DNA of 64,000 bases from Candidatus Ozemobacteraceae bacterium (GCA_965140445.1 OZ223236.1:352001-416000); one strand, 5' to 3'; positions 40,659 through 50,202 are shown, counted from the stretch's first letter. Numbers and translations: made by a program. Notes: a model not told the origin generated them from the sequence alone.

Positions 40659-41840
40659 TCAGGCTATTTCAATTTCAGCTGGTGCAACAACATTTCCAGC
40701 CCATCCATCAACCAATTCCGGCAAATGGCATTCTTTCAATCTCCAACCACGATGCACCAGCTCTCCTGTGTATGGCCCCTTTGCAGGAACGTTTCCAGAA
40801 AGTTTTATTGCTTCAGGATCATGCTCTTCAATTGTAATTTCAGAACCTTCTTCTTCAGATAGAACAGGCTCAATAATAAGTCTTTCATCAAGCAACTTTC
40901 GACAACCCTCATGAATTGGTCTAATTGCTCCTCCAAGAGTCTCGTCATCAAAATCTTCAATATTTTCCATCAAAAGATCAATCAAACGCCCTTCTTTTTG
41001 TAACAAATAAAGAATCTGATATGCTGCCGGCGGAATGCCATGCTTGCCGCTTTTCGCATCCGCTTTGGCATCCTGCAAAGATTTTGTCAGCTCCTCGACT
41101 TCATTCTGTAACTTTTCAATTTCTTCCAGCTTCTTGTTGACATCACCAGAAACCTTTTTGGCATCAGATTTTGCCTTTTCAGCCTCTTTACGGGTGGCCT
41201 TCAATTCTGATTCTGATTTCTCAATTTTAGCAATCATAGCTTCTAAATCCGACCTGCACTTGCCAGCCTCATTGCTAAGCTCTTCTTTTTCTTTTTCAGC
41301 TTTTTCAAGGCCAGATTTCAACTCATCTGTTTCGGCTTTAAGCTTGGCAATGCTTGATTCAAGATCTTTTAGATCAGCGCTATCGCCGTCTGACTTTTCG
41401 TTTAATTTGGCTTCCAGAGAGTCGCATTTCTTTTCAGAGTCTTTTAACTGCTCTTCAAGGGAAGTAATCTCGTCACTTTTTTCTTTTAAGAGGGTCTCTA
41501 GCCTTGCCAGCTCTTCGGAGTTATCCGGCTTGTCTTCAGGTGTTTTCTGTAATTCTGAATCCTTCTCTACGCTTTTCGCAGCAGAATCTTTTAAGTCATC
41601 TTTTTCCTTGTCAGGGGCAGGCTCCAGAAGAACCATAAGTGACAATAAATATCCAGACAACCAGAATACGGTTGCACCAATTATTCCAGGAATTCTGAAT
41701 TCTTCTTTTATCAGACCTTTAACTGCATCTTCAAGGGCAGCAAAATCCTGCGGGACTGGATAAAAACGCACAAGATATAACGTTCCAAACAACACTAAAA
41801 GCGAGCCTAATAAGGATAAAAAAGCTGTGGCTTTCTTCAT
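40659..41840 (-). CDS. Membrane-anchored coiled-coil protein with a C-terminal DUF2760 domain
   Basis: Two N-terminal TMs, long K/E-rich heptad region, LQKEGRLIDLL, IHEGCRK, GELVHRGW, VVAPAEIE. Confidence 0.8.
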   Translation of the reverse strand: MKKATAFLSLLGSLLVLFGTLYLVRFYPVPQDFAALEDAVKGLIKEEFRIPGIIGATVFWLSGYLLSLMVLLEPAPDKEKDDLKDSAAKSVEKDSELQKTPEDKPDNSEELARLETLLKEKSDEITSLEEQLKDSEKKCDSLEAKLNEKSDGDSADLKDLESSIAKLKAETDELKSGLEKAEKEKEELSNEAGKCRSDLEAMIAKIEKSESELKATRKEAEKAKSDAKKVSGDVNKKLEEIEKLQNEVEELTKSLQDAKADAKSGKHGIPPAAYQILYLLQKEGRLIDLLMENIEDFDDETLGGAIRPIHEGCRKLLDERLIIEPVLSEEEGSEITIEEHDPEAIKLSGNVPAKGPYTGELVHRGWRLKECHLPELVDGWAGNVVAPAEIEIA

Positions 41841-42031
41841 TCAAGAACCTCACAGAAAAATTTTCAATATTTCGGGTATCATGCCCAAAGGAATTATACC
41901 TGATTTAAACTCTATTGGAAATCATTTGACAACACTTAAAGCTAAAAAACATTGAACAGCTCTGTTTGACATAACCTGCAACCGTCTTTTTGCAGCTTAT
42001 AAAGCGCTGGACAAAGATGATTTGTTTTTTC

Positions 42032-44002
42032 TCAGTGCATTTCCTTAAAGCCATTAAAAAGAACAACTGCTGACTCACCATTATCATTTCTGGTTTGTGG
42101 ACTTGCCCCACATTTAACCAGAAAATCATAGCAAGACTGCCTGCCTGCTCTAGCTGCTTCATGGAGTGGAGTGTTCCCCTTAAAATCCAGCTTAAAAATA
42201 TTTCCCTTTTTTTCAACAAGAACCTGCAAAAAGCTTAAATCATTTAGCATTGCAGCGTAGTGAAGAGGTGTTCGTCCAAAGTCATTTTCAATATTAACTC
42301 TGGCTCCCATTTTCAAAAGGGCTTTTGTCAGCCCCATATTTTCTTTTAAAACAGCTATATGAAGAGGAGATTCGCCAAGGGTAAATTCTTTAAAATTTAT
42401 CAAATTAGCATCACGATTTAACATCTCTATCGCGGCTTCCGTTTTTCCTTTGCGAATTGCATCAAAAATGCTTCCTTTGAAGTTTCCAACCTTAAAAATT
42501 TTTGGTTTAGCTCCGAACAAGCCTGTATTTTTTAATATCTCAATTTTCTTCGGATTGCCTTCAAGCCTGGCCTCAAAAAACGCGGTGTGCCCTGCATTAT
42601 TTTTTAAAAGTAAATCTGCTCCTGCCCGAACCAGAAGATCAAGCACCTCTTGCTTTTCAGCAAAAAAAACAGAAGTTCTCCCATCGGGTAACCTTGCATC
42701 CACTTTTGCCCCAAGAGAAATCATTTTTTTTACAACTTCCGGATTCCCTTTTTTCACCGCCAAAAAAAGCGGTGTTTCATCAGAAAAATTCCGGCCATTA
42801 ACAGATGCGCCATGAGACAAAAGCTGTTTACAAAACTGCTTGCTACAAAAATTTTCCGCTACTGCTAATAAATGGAAAGGGTTATTCCCATTTGAGTCTG
42901 TAACAGAGATATCGGCTCCCAATTCTAACAATTCATTTGCAAAACTTAGATTTCCTCTTTTAATAGCTAATAAAAGAGGAGTAAATCCCTCAGAATTCTT
43001 CAAGTTAATCAATTCCCCAGGGGTTTTGAATTCACCTATGGTCAGGCCTTTTTCAAAAATTTCTGGAAAATGAAAAATGGCATTTTCTTTCAAATCAACC
43101 TTTTTAAGGGCGGCTCCATTTTTGGCCAGCAGTCTTGCCAGAACAACATTGTTTGCTTCTAAGGCAATTGCAATTGGGGTCTTTCCGTCAGAATTAATTT
43201 CATTAACAAGGCCTTTTTGAGAAAGCAAGGCGGCAACTTTTTCCCTGTCTCCCTCTTTTACTGCCAAATGCAACGCGTTGCCTTCCGGCAAAAAGCTTGG
43301 AGCAGAATTATGATTTGAAATAAGCTTTAATTCGTATTCTATAAGTCTTGGAAAAAAAGAAATCTTAAATCTAGGATCCTTTTTAAGTTCGTGAAAATGA
43401 ATTTCCGCGTCATTGAAACGCTCCAAAAGACGCAACAGTTCACCAACCTTTAACTCTGCATCCATAGTTCTTTCATCAGGATTCTTTTGCAGTAATGTAA
43501 ACTCATTGAAATACTTTAGGCTCTTTTCAAGAGAAATTCCGGCAATTTCTTTTTCAGATTCGTTTGCCCAATAGGATTTTAAAAAAGCCATCCCCTTGTC
43601 AAATCTATCTTTAGAAATTTTCTCAATAATCAAAGCTCGTCGAAACCAGGGATCGGCATTACGAAAATTTCTAAATTCATCAGACCAGATAAAAGTTTTG
43701 AGCAAATTCTGATCAGCATTCTGAAAGTTTGTTTGCATGAACACTCCCCTGCAAAGGGAACACTCACCAGGAATGGGCATCTTTTCGCCAGCCATTCTTC
43801 CATCAAGCCGCACTCTGCTTTTTACAGAGAGCTTTGGACTATGATAAAACTCTGAATACTCCAGCTCACAGACCGGGCAAAGAATCTTTTTAGTCAGATC
43901 TGTGGGCAATGAAGCAAACAAAAGATTTCCTATGCTGCAGAACGCAAGCAAAAACAGTTTAAGACTTAAGGGCGTCGAGATCTTCTTTAACAAGAGATTC
44001 AT
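42032..44002 (-). CDS. Ankyrin-repeat protein with an N-terminal Cys-motif (DUF2225-like) domain
   Basis: CPVC...CSLC, GELLRLLERF helical region, many G.TPL(H) ankyrin repeats; start uncertain because it overlaps the AOR end. Confidence 0.8.
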   Translation of the reverse strand: MNLLLKKISTPLSLKLFLLAFCSIGNLLFASLPTDLTKKILCPVCELEYSEFYHSPKLSVKSRVRLDGRMAGEKMPIPGECSLCRGVFMQTNFQNADQNLLKTFIWSDEFRNFRNADPWFRRALIIEKISKDRFDKGMAFLKSYWANESEKEIAGISLEKSLKYFNEFTLLQKNPDERTMDAELKVGELLRLLERFNDAEIHFHELKKDPRFKISFFPRLIEYELKLISNHNSAPSFLPEGNALHLAVKEGDREKVAALLSQKGLVNEINSDGKTPIAIALEANNVVLARLLAKNGAALKKVDLKENAIFHFPEIFEKGLTIGEFKTPGELINLKNSEGFTPLLLAIKRGNLSFANELLELGADISVTDSNGNNPFHLLAVAENFCSKQFCKQLLSHGASVNGRNFSDETPLFLAVKKGNPEVVKKMISLGAKVDARLPDGRTSVFFAEKQEVLDLLVRAGADLLLKNNAGHTAFFEARLEGNPKKIEILKNTGLFGAKPKIFKVGNFKGSIFDAIRKGKTEAAIEMLNRDANLINFKEFTLGESPLHIAVLKENMGLTKALLKMGARVNIENDFGRTPLHYAAMLNDLSFLQVLVEKKGNIFKLDFKGNTPLHEAARAGRQSCYDFLVKCGASPQTRNDNGESAVVLFNGFKEMH

Positions 44003-45719
44003 ATAGTTTAACCTGCTCTTTAAATCGTTCTGAAGAAATCATTCCATTAGTGGTCTGAACTTTTTCCAGACGTTTTGGAAAATAAAGATCACTAAATTTG
44101 AATCCACAATCAAGCTTGAATTTTGTTTTCATGGCATGAACTTTTTTAGCAAAGCTCCAAAGCTTTTCTTCTGTCCAACCACTGATTCCAAGTGCTTCCA
44201 AGCCTTCCAAAACTGTCTGAGTATTATAGATATTACGAGCAAAAAGGCAAACAACAAGAGAATTTAAAACCATGCGCCAGACCGATTCTTTATACATCTC
44301 TTTGGTCCAATCATCATCAGTCTTGTCAGAGTTAATCCTTTTCTGGTCAATAGAATATCCGCCGCTGTCAAGGTGTGAATGCCTCACTCCGGTAGCATAA
44401 CCCAGAAAAGCATGGAGTCCTGTCATATAGCCGGGCGCTTCATTTTTTCCAAAAGCAATCGCAAACTCTTTGCCACCATATTTCTCTGAACAATATGCCG
44501 CACCTTTTTCAAGGTCCTGATAAAACTGGTTATGCCGATCGCCAATGCGATCGAGAACCTTTAGATAACTTTCTGAATCTCCAAAATTCAGACTAATCCC
44601 ATCCGTATGCTCTGGAGTAACATAGCCCTTTTGAAAGGCTTCAACAGCCCACGCAAGGGTTACTCCGATCCCTATAGAATCCCACCCCTGCTTTTCAACT
44701 TTATAAAGCAGCTTTAAAACTTCGTCAGAATCCCGGATAGAAAGATTTGAGCCCCAGGCAAAAATAAGTTCATGATCATAGGACACTTTAAGCGTCTTAT
44801 ACATGTGATCTTCTTCAGAAAAGAGTTCCCTGACTGTTCCCATGTGGATACAACCGCATTGACAATGAGCGCAGGCAATCTGCTGTGAAAGATTCTTCTC
44901 AGCAAAAGTTTCTCCACTAATATCAGAGGCTCCTTCAAAAAATCCCTGTGAAAAATTCCTGGTTGGAAGTCCATTAATCTTGCTTAAAGGAACAACATTT
45001 ATCGGGGTTCCGAGGTCATGATATTTTTTCATATTGTCGGAATTTACAACATCTTTGTAAAGCCTTGTATAAACCTTGTTGTATTCAGCTTTTTTATCAA
45101 TATTCCAATATTTCCCACCGGAAATTACTATGGCTTTGAGATTCTTCGATCCCATAACGCCGCCAAGACCTAATCTTCCAAAATGTCGGGATGAATCTAC
45201 GGTAACAGCTGCCATGGGCGAAAGTCGCTCTCCAGAAGGGCCGATCCGCAAAATTGATTTTTTATATGTGGTTTTTTGGTGCTCGCGAAGAACCCTTTCG
45301 GTAGCCAGAGCCGACATTCCCTTCAGGGAGCTTGCAGAATGGATTTTTATCTTATCTTCATCAATTGAAAGATAACTCAAAGCACTGCATCGACCCTTGA
45401 TTCTAATAGCGTGAAATCCCGCCCCATACATTGACATAGCCAAACGTCCACCGGCGTGTGATTCGCCAAGGTTGCCAGACAAAGGAGATTTAAACATTGC
45501 AACAGTCTTTGTAGCAACAGGAAAAACTGATCCAAAAGGTCCTGTAGCAAAAATAATCGGAGCATCAACATGATAAGGGTCTATTTTTGGGTCAACCTGA
45601 GTCAACAAAGCCGATGCAACCCCAGTTCCACCAAGATATTCCTGAAATAGTTCTGTAATATTTTCAACCTTTGATTCACCAGTAGACAGGTCTATATCAA
45701 GCATGTAAAAGCTTTTCAT
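43959..45719 (-). CDS. Aldehyde:ferredoxin oxidoreductase (W/Mo-pterin AOR family)
   Basis: KSPLSG..GESHAGG, GRLGLGGVMGSKNLKA, LPTRNF, CAHCQCGC, SLVVCLF. Confidence 0.9.
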   Translation of the reverse strand: MKSFYMLDIDLSTGESKVENITELFQEYLGGTGVASALLTQVDPKIDPYHVDAPIIFATGPFGSVFPVATKTVAMFKSPLSGNLGESHAGGRLAMSMYGAGFHAIRIKGRCSALSYLSIDEDKIKIHSASSLKGMSALATERVLREHQKTTYKKSILRIGPSGERLSPMAAVTVDSSRHFGRLGLGGVMGSKNLKAIVISGGKYWNIDKKAEYNKVYTRLYKDVVNSDNMKKYHDLGTPINVVPLSKINGLPTRNFSQGFFEGASDISGETFAEKNLSQQIACAHCQCGCIHMGTVRELFSEEDHMYKTLKVSYDHELIFAWGSNLSIRDSDEVLKLLYKVEKQGWDSIGIGVTLAWAVEAFQKGYVTPEHTDGISLNFGDSESYLKVLDRIGDRHNQFYQDLEKGAAYCSEKYGGKEFAIAFGKNEAPGYMTGLHAFLGYATGVRHSHLDSGGYSIDQKRINSDKTDDDWTKEMYKESVWRMVLNSLVVCLFARNIYNTQTVLEGLEALGISGWTEEKLWSFAKKVHAMKTKFKLDCGFKFSDLYFPKRLEKVQTTNGMISSERFKEQVKLYESLVKEDLDALKS

Positions 45720-45720
45720 G

Positions 45721-46143
45721 TTATTCCCCCTTACCGTTTGAAATTTCTTTCATTTCAATTACAGAATTGGGGCAGAATTTAGTACAAACCCCACATTGAT
45801 GACAAACAATTGGCTGGCGGGTTTCATGATCCCATTGAAGAGCGTCCGCTACACAAGCTTTTACACAAAGATTACAATTGACACATTTTTCCTGATGAAA
45901 TTCTACCCCTCCACCTGCTCTTGGAGTTAGCGCCTCTGTGGGGCAAGCTTTTGCACAATCTGGCTCTATACAGCCATAACAAGGTCGTATGGAAAAAGCA
46001 CCTTCGATTCCGGCGTAGTTTTTAACTCTGAGGGCAGCTTTTTCTGCGGTAATAGCCTGAAACCAGGTTCGACTACAGGCATACATACAACTATAACAGC
46101 CGATGCATTGCTCTCTTGCTACAACTCTTAATAATTTACTCAT
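45721..46143 (-). CDS. Multi-[4Fe-4S] ferredoxin-like subunit of the AOR
   Basis: CIGCYSCMYAC, CYGC..PDCAKACP, CVNCNLCVKAC, CHQCGVCTKFCP. Confidence 0.9.
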   Translation of the reverse strand: MSKLLRVVAREQCIGCYSCMYACSRTWFQAITAEKAALRVKNYAGIEGAFSIRPCYGCIEPDCAKACPTEALTPRAGGGVEFHQEKCVNCNLCVKACVADALQWDHETRQPIVCHQCGVCTKFCPNSVIEMKEISNGKGE

Positions 46144-46164
46144 TTTTGTGCTCCTGCTACGGAT

Positions 46165-46887
46165 TTAATCATCAATTATTTCATCTGGAATAGGCTCCAG
46201 GCGAGATGAGGATTCCCACATTTTTGTCAATGGCGTGGACATTGGAACTAACAACTCTTTATAAATTTGAATTGCTCTTTCTGGAGAAAATACATACCGA
46301 TAAAGCCAGAACTCAAATGGGAAAAAATGTATTTTACCCATCCCTGGCTCAATTTCATAAGATTCAGAATTTTCTAGAATTCTGGATTGAATATTCACCA
46401 AAAATTCTTCACTAACTGCTCTTGGTGGATTTTTCAGGTCAAAGACCTGATCACACTCGCGCTTCCCGTTAGTCTTTAACAAACCAAAAATCCGACAAGG
46501 AAAAGCCCGAACAGGATGAACAAGACAAAGCTTCGTATCATCATCCCGAAAAGTGCAACGAATGCGTTTTTCAGAACCGAACTCTGCTTGTCTTAAATCA
46601 AATCTTAATGCAGAAAATAAAAACCTTCTAAGTCTTTCAGGTTCACACCTGGTCATCAAATCTCTAATAATTCGATGAAACTCTAAAGAAAAAATTGAAA
46701 CCGAATTACAACATTTCCCACAATTTGAACATCTTGTTCCGGGAAGCTCATCATGGAGCTTATCAAGCAAATCCATGCCAAAAGCGCCATGATGAGTAGA
46801 GCTCACCAAGATCTTCTCAAAGTAGGTATCAAAATTCTTCTTCACAGCAATCTTTAACTTGTGAAGAAGCTCATTATTTATCTGCAA
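46165..46887 (-). CDS. YkgJ/CxxCxxCC cysteine-cluster protein
   Basis: CSNCGKCC, CTF...CLVHPVRAFPCRIFG. Confidence 0.8.
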   Translation of the reverse strand: MQINNELLHKLKIAVKKNFDTYFEKILVSSTHHGAFGMDLLDKLHDELPGTRCSNCGKCCNSVSIFSLEFHRIIRDLMTRCEPERLRRFLFSALRFDLRQAEFGSEKRIRCTFRDDDTKLCLVHPVRAFPCRIFGLLKTNGKRECDQVFDLKNPPRAVSEEFLVNIQSRILENSESYEIEPGMGKIHFFPFEFWLYRYVFSPERAIQIYKELLVPMSTPLTKMWESSSRLEPIPDEIIDD

Positions 46888-46936
46888 TTAGAGACTCCTT
46901 TAATACTTTGGCTATGCAGATTTATTTTTGATTTTT

Positions 46937-47188
46937 TTAAACCTGATTCTTTGCCAGACTCACCGTAAGTTTTCTTCCGTCCAGCGGTTGCTCATTCATT
47001 CCCTCGACCGCAGCACTCGCGGCTTCACTGGAATTAAATTCTACAAAACCATAACCTTTAGATCTACCGGAATTACGATCCATAATAATTTTAGCAGATT
47101 CAACCTCTCCAAATTTGCTAAATTCATCTTTTAAACGATCGTTGTCAAAAGAAAAGGGAAGGTTCCCCACAAAAATCTTCACAGACAT
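46937..47188 (-). CDS. RRM RNA-binding protein
   Basis: RNP2 IFVGNL, RNP1 KGYGFVEF; ATG 47188 follows a GGAGG RBS. Confidence 0.93.
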   Translation of the reverse strand: MSVKIFVGNLPFSFDNDRLKDEFSKFGEVESAKIIMDRNSGRSKGYGFVEFNSSEAASAAVEGMNEQPLDGRKLTVSLAKNQV

Positions 47189-47306
47189 TTCAAATCCTCC
47201 AAACTGTTTACTGCTCTTATTATGACTCAAAGGTATATATGCCTATCTTATTTTCTCCCATGAAAAGATATAATTCAAGCACTTTTAGAAAAAAAGAGGA
47301 AAAACA

Positions 47307-47327
47307 CTGTACAAACTTATTGTACAG
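47307..47327. promoter_or_regulatory. Palindromic operator/UAS candidate CTGTACAA-N5-TTGTACAG
   Basis: Perfect 8-bp inverted repeat in the divergent region between the RRM and sigma54-activator genes. Confidence 0.5.
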
Positions 47328-47504
47328 CAAAACAACAGACAACTTATGCTCTAAGCCTGAATTTAAAAGCAGGTTTTCTTGACAGTCTTTTATGCCTGTG
47401 ATACCCTTTTCAGGTATATCTAAATCGGTCCTGAATAGAATCTTTTCAAGAAATTGAACTGGGTTCTTTAGGGGTGATTCGGTTTTGTTGGTAATAAGGA
47501 GCCT

Positions 47505-48431
47505 ATGAAAACAAAAATTATTGGCAAAAGCAAGGCTATATCAGAAGTTTTGAGCCTTGTTTCTAGAGTAGCCGAGAACGATGTTACTGTTCTTATTACT
47601 GGCGAAAGTGGGACTGGCAAGGAGATGGTTGCAGAAACCATTTGCCAGGGCAGTCCTAGATGGGGAAAGCCGTTTCTGAAAATAAACTGTGCGGCAATCC
47701 CTTCAGAGCTCCTTGAAAGTCAAATGTTTGGACATGAGCGCGGAGCCTTCACCGGGGCGATTAGTCGTCAGGAAGGCTGCTTCGAACGTTCACATAAAGG
47801 AACACTTTTTCTCGATGAGATTGGTGATATGGCCCTGATGACTCAGACAAAACTGTTAAGAGTCTTGCAGGAACAAACCTTTGAACGCATTGGTGGGAAT
47901 GAAACCATAAAGGTTGATGTCAGGCTTATTGCTGCCACCAATAAAACCCTTCTCGAAGAAATTAAACGCGACCGTTTCCGCGAAGATCTTTATTACAGGT
48001 TAAACGTTGTTGAGATCCATATTCCTCCTCTTCGAGAAAGGATGGAGGATATTCCTGAACTTGTAGAGCATTTTCTAACTGAATTTGCTGCCAAATACAA
48101 TAAAACGAACCTGGCCCTGAGCAAATCTGCGAATCAGGTTTTAATGAATTTCAGTTGGCCTGGAAACGTTCGTGAATTAAGAAATGTTGTTGAAAGAGCC
48201 GTAGTCCTGTCTCGCGGCGAAATGATAGAGCCCGAGGATTTTCCTGAAAAAATCAGGCAACCCTCACCGTTACCTGGAGCAACGGGCAGTGAAGATCAAA
48301 TTCTCACCCTTCAGGAAATGGAACAAATGTATGTGAAAAAAGTTCTGGAATACACTGGTGGTAATAAGTTAAAAGCCGCCCGCCTGTTAAATATTGATCC
48401 GAAAACCCTTCGGACCAAACTTTCCAGGTAA
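47505..48431 (+). CDS. Sigma54 enhancer-binding protein consisting of only the AAA+ and Fis-HTH domains
   Basis: GESGTGKE, ESQMFGHERGAFTGA, LFLDEIG, FREDLYYRL, WPGNVREL, GNKLKAARLL; in-frame TGA at 47475-47477 excludes an N-terminal sensor domain. Confidence 0.92.
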   Translation: MKTKIIGKSKAISEVLSLVSRVAENDVTVLITGESGTGKEMVAETICQGSPRWGKPFLKINCAAIPSELLESQMFGHERGAFTGAISRQEGCFERSHKGTLFLDEIGDMALMTQTKLLRVLQEQTFERIGGNETIKVDVRLIAATNKTLLEEIKRDRFREDLYYRLNVVEIHIPPLRERMEDIPELVEHFLTEFAAKYNKTNLALSKSANQVLMNFSWPGNVRELRNVVERAVVLSRGEMIEPEDFPEKIRQPSPLPGATGSEDQILTLQEMEQMYVKKVLEYTGGNKLKAARLLNIDPKTLRTKLSR

Positions 48432-48453
48432 AGGATTTCAAGCGAGGAATCAT

Positions 48454-48729
48454 ATGTCTGATGCAATAATGATAAATAAGATGGAAGATACGGTTGTCGA
48501 AGTGGTCGATAGTCTTATCTACAAAGACGATTCCGGGGTCTGCAACTGCAACCGCTGTCGTCTCGACATCATCGCATTGGCTCTAAACTCTCTGCCCCCT
48601 AAATATGCAGTTACCACTATGGGAAACGCTGTTACAAATGTTACACTTAACTCAAATCAATGGAAAGCCAACGTTACAATGGCCGTTTGCAGTGCAATCG
48701 ATATTGTAAAAGGTAGACCAAGACATTGA
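48454..48729 (+). CDS. comFB: ComFB-family protein (c-di-NMP receptor family)
   Basis: N.MED.V, CNCNRCRLDIIALALNSLPPKY, C-terminal PRH; ATG 48454 follows GAGG. Confidence 0.85.
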   Translation: MSDAIMINKMEDTVVEVVDSLIYKDDSGVCNCNRCRLDIIALALNSLPPKYAVTTMGNAVTNVTLNSNQWKANVTMAVCSAIDIVKGRPRH

Positions 48730-48760
48730 GTTTAAACTTCCAAATAACATGGAGGAAACC

Positions 48761-49129
48761 ATGAGCGAACAAAACAAAAGTGAAAAGGATAAGCTTAGCT
48801 TTGAGAAAAGGGACGCCACTAAAGGTTATATAGTCCTTTCATTGATAGGCGATCTGGACATGTGGACTCTCCCAAGAGCCAAAGAACAGATTAACGAGCT
48901 TGTTGAGAATGGAAAAGTGAAAATCGTTCTAGATCTAGAGCGAACTAATTACATAGATTCTTCAGGACTTGGCTTTTTTATCGGCACTCTGAAAAAACTC
49001 AGAGACACTGGTGGAGAACTTGTTTTGATTAATCTCAATGCTTACATCTACGGTATTTTCCAGCTGATTCAGCTTCAACACATCATAAAAACCTATGACA
49101 GTCTTGAAGAAGCCAGCAAGGAATTTTAA
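48761..49129 (+). CDS. STAS-domain anti-sigma factor antagonist (RsbV/SpoIIAA-like)
   Basis: GDLD, LDL..TNYIDSSGLG phospho-Ser motif; ATG 48761 follows GGAGG. Confidence 0.9.
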   Translation: MSEQNKSEKDKLSFEKRDATKGYIVLSLIGDLDMWTLPRAKEQINELVENGKVKIVLDLERTNYIDSSGLGFFIGTLKKLRDTGGELVLINLNAYIYGIFQLIQLQHIIKTYDSLEEASKEF

Positions 49130-49157
49130 CTCATAAGTACATCAGGGAGAACTTACA

Positions 49158-49412
49158 ATGAAAGAAAAAATCCACCCAAAAGTTAACACCATTACTGTTT
49201 CTTGCGCTTGCGGAAATTCATTTGACACTCTTTCTACAGCCTCAGAAATGAGAGTAGAAGTTTGTTCTGGCTGTCATCCTTTCTTCACTGGTACTCAGCG
49301 TTTTGTTGATACTACTGGTCGCGTTGAAAGATTCAAACAGAAAATCGAAGCTCAGAAAAAAGCTACTGAAGCTAACGCAAAAAAAGCCAAAAAACCTGCG
49401 GCTGCTGAATAA
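49158..49412 (+). CDS. rpmE: 50S ribosomal protein L31, Zn-binding type
   Basis: [27 protein letters not shown]. Confidence 0.97.
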   Translation: MKEKIHPKVNTITVSCACGNSFDTLSTASEMRVEVCSGCHPFFTGTQRFVDTTGRVERFKQKIEAQKKATEANAKKAKKPAAAE

Positions 49413-49431
49413 ATTTTATTCAACAATCAAG

Positions 49432-49477
49432 AAAAAATCTGCTGTTGATCACACAAAATGTTCAACAGCAGATTTTT
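49432..49477 (+). terminator. Intrinsic terminator after rpmE
   Basis: AAAAATCTGCTGTTGA/TCAACAGCAGATTTTT inverted repeat. Confidence 0.75.
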
Positions 49478-49515
49478 CCTGTAACCCAAAAGAATAGAAA
49501 AGTGAGGACATTGAA

Positions 49516-50202
49516 TTGAATCTGGTACTTTTAAGAAACACCCCCGATCCAGATCGCCTTGTTGCTCTTGCAGCCAGAAGGTGTTATTCATCAAGATCAG
49601 CAGAGGATATTGATGACAAAATGTCTGACGAAGAAATGGAAAAGCTACTTGCCTTCCTACGCAAGAGAAATCATCTTTCTCCTTTTGAGCACGCGGACTT
49701 CAGTTTCAGCGTTGATGGTATCTCAAGGGCTCTTTCCCATCAGTTGGTTCGACATCGCATTGCATCATATTCTCAGGAAAGCCAAAGATACGTAAACTAC
49801 TTAAAAGTAAAACAGTTACCATTCATAGTTCCTCCCAAAATACAGCAAAATGCCGAAGCCACCAGACTATATAACGAAGCTGTGGAAAAGACTCTTGCCG
49901 CATATAGAGCCATGGTTGACGCTGGTGTTCCCCCGGAAGATGCGCGTTACATTTTTCCAAACGCCATTGAAACTAAAATTGTTTTTACAATGAATGCCAG
50001 AAGCCTTTTCAATTTTTTTGATCAGCGCTGCTGTCTAAAAGCCCAGTGGGAAATAAGAATTCTTGCGATGGCTATGCTTAAAGAAGTCAAAAAGGTAGCC
50101 CCTAATATCTTCAAAAACGCAGGAGCACCATGCAACTTTAGCAATCCATACTGCCGGGAAAATGACCAGGATTGCCCCATGTTTCCAAAAAATAAAGAAT
50201 AG
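49516..50202 (+). CDS. thyX: FAD-dependent thymidylate synthase
   Basis: HLSPFEH, SHQLVRHRIASYSQESQRY, EDARY, MNARSL, AQWEIR. Confidence 0.95.
   Translation: MNLVLLRNTPDPDRLVALAARRCYSSRSAEDIDDKMSDEEMEKLLAFLRKRNHLSPFEHADFSFSVDGISRALSHQLVRHRIASYSQESQRYVNYLKVKQLPFIVPPKIQQNAEATRLYNEAVEKTLAAYRAMVDAGVPPEDARYIFPNAIETKIVFTMNARSLFNFFDQRCCLKAQWEIRILAMAMLKEVKKVAPNIFKNAGAPCNFSNPYCRENDQDCPMFPKNKE

Noticed and set aside
37492..40862. Several 100-195 aa plus-strand ORFs
   Set aside because: Antisense to the Hsp70 genes with no recognisable motifs
41035..41763. 242-aa Ser/Phe/Leu-rich plus-strand ORF
   Set aside because: Antisense shadow of the Lys/Glu-rich coiled coil of the DUF2760 gene
41905..42219. 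104-aa minus-strand ORF overlapping the ankyrin gene end
   Set aside because: Alternative-frame overlap with no RBS or motif
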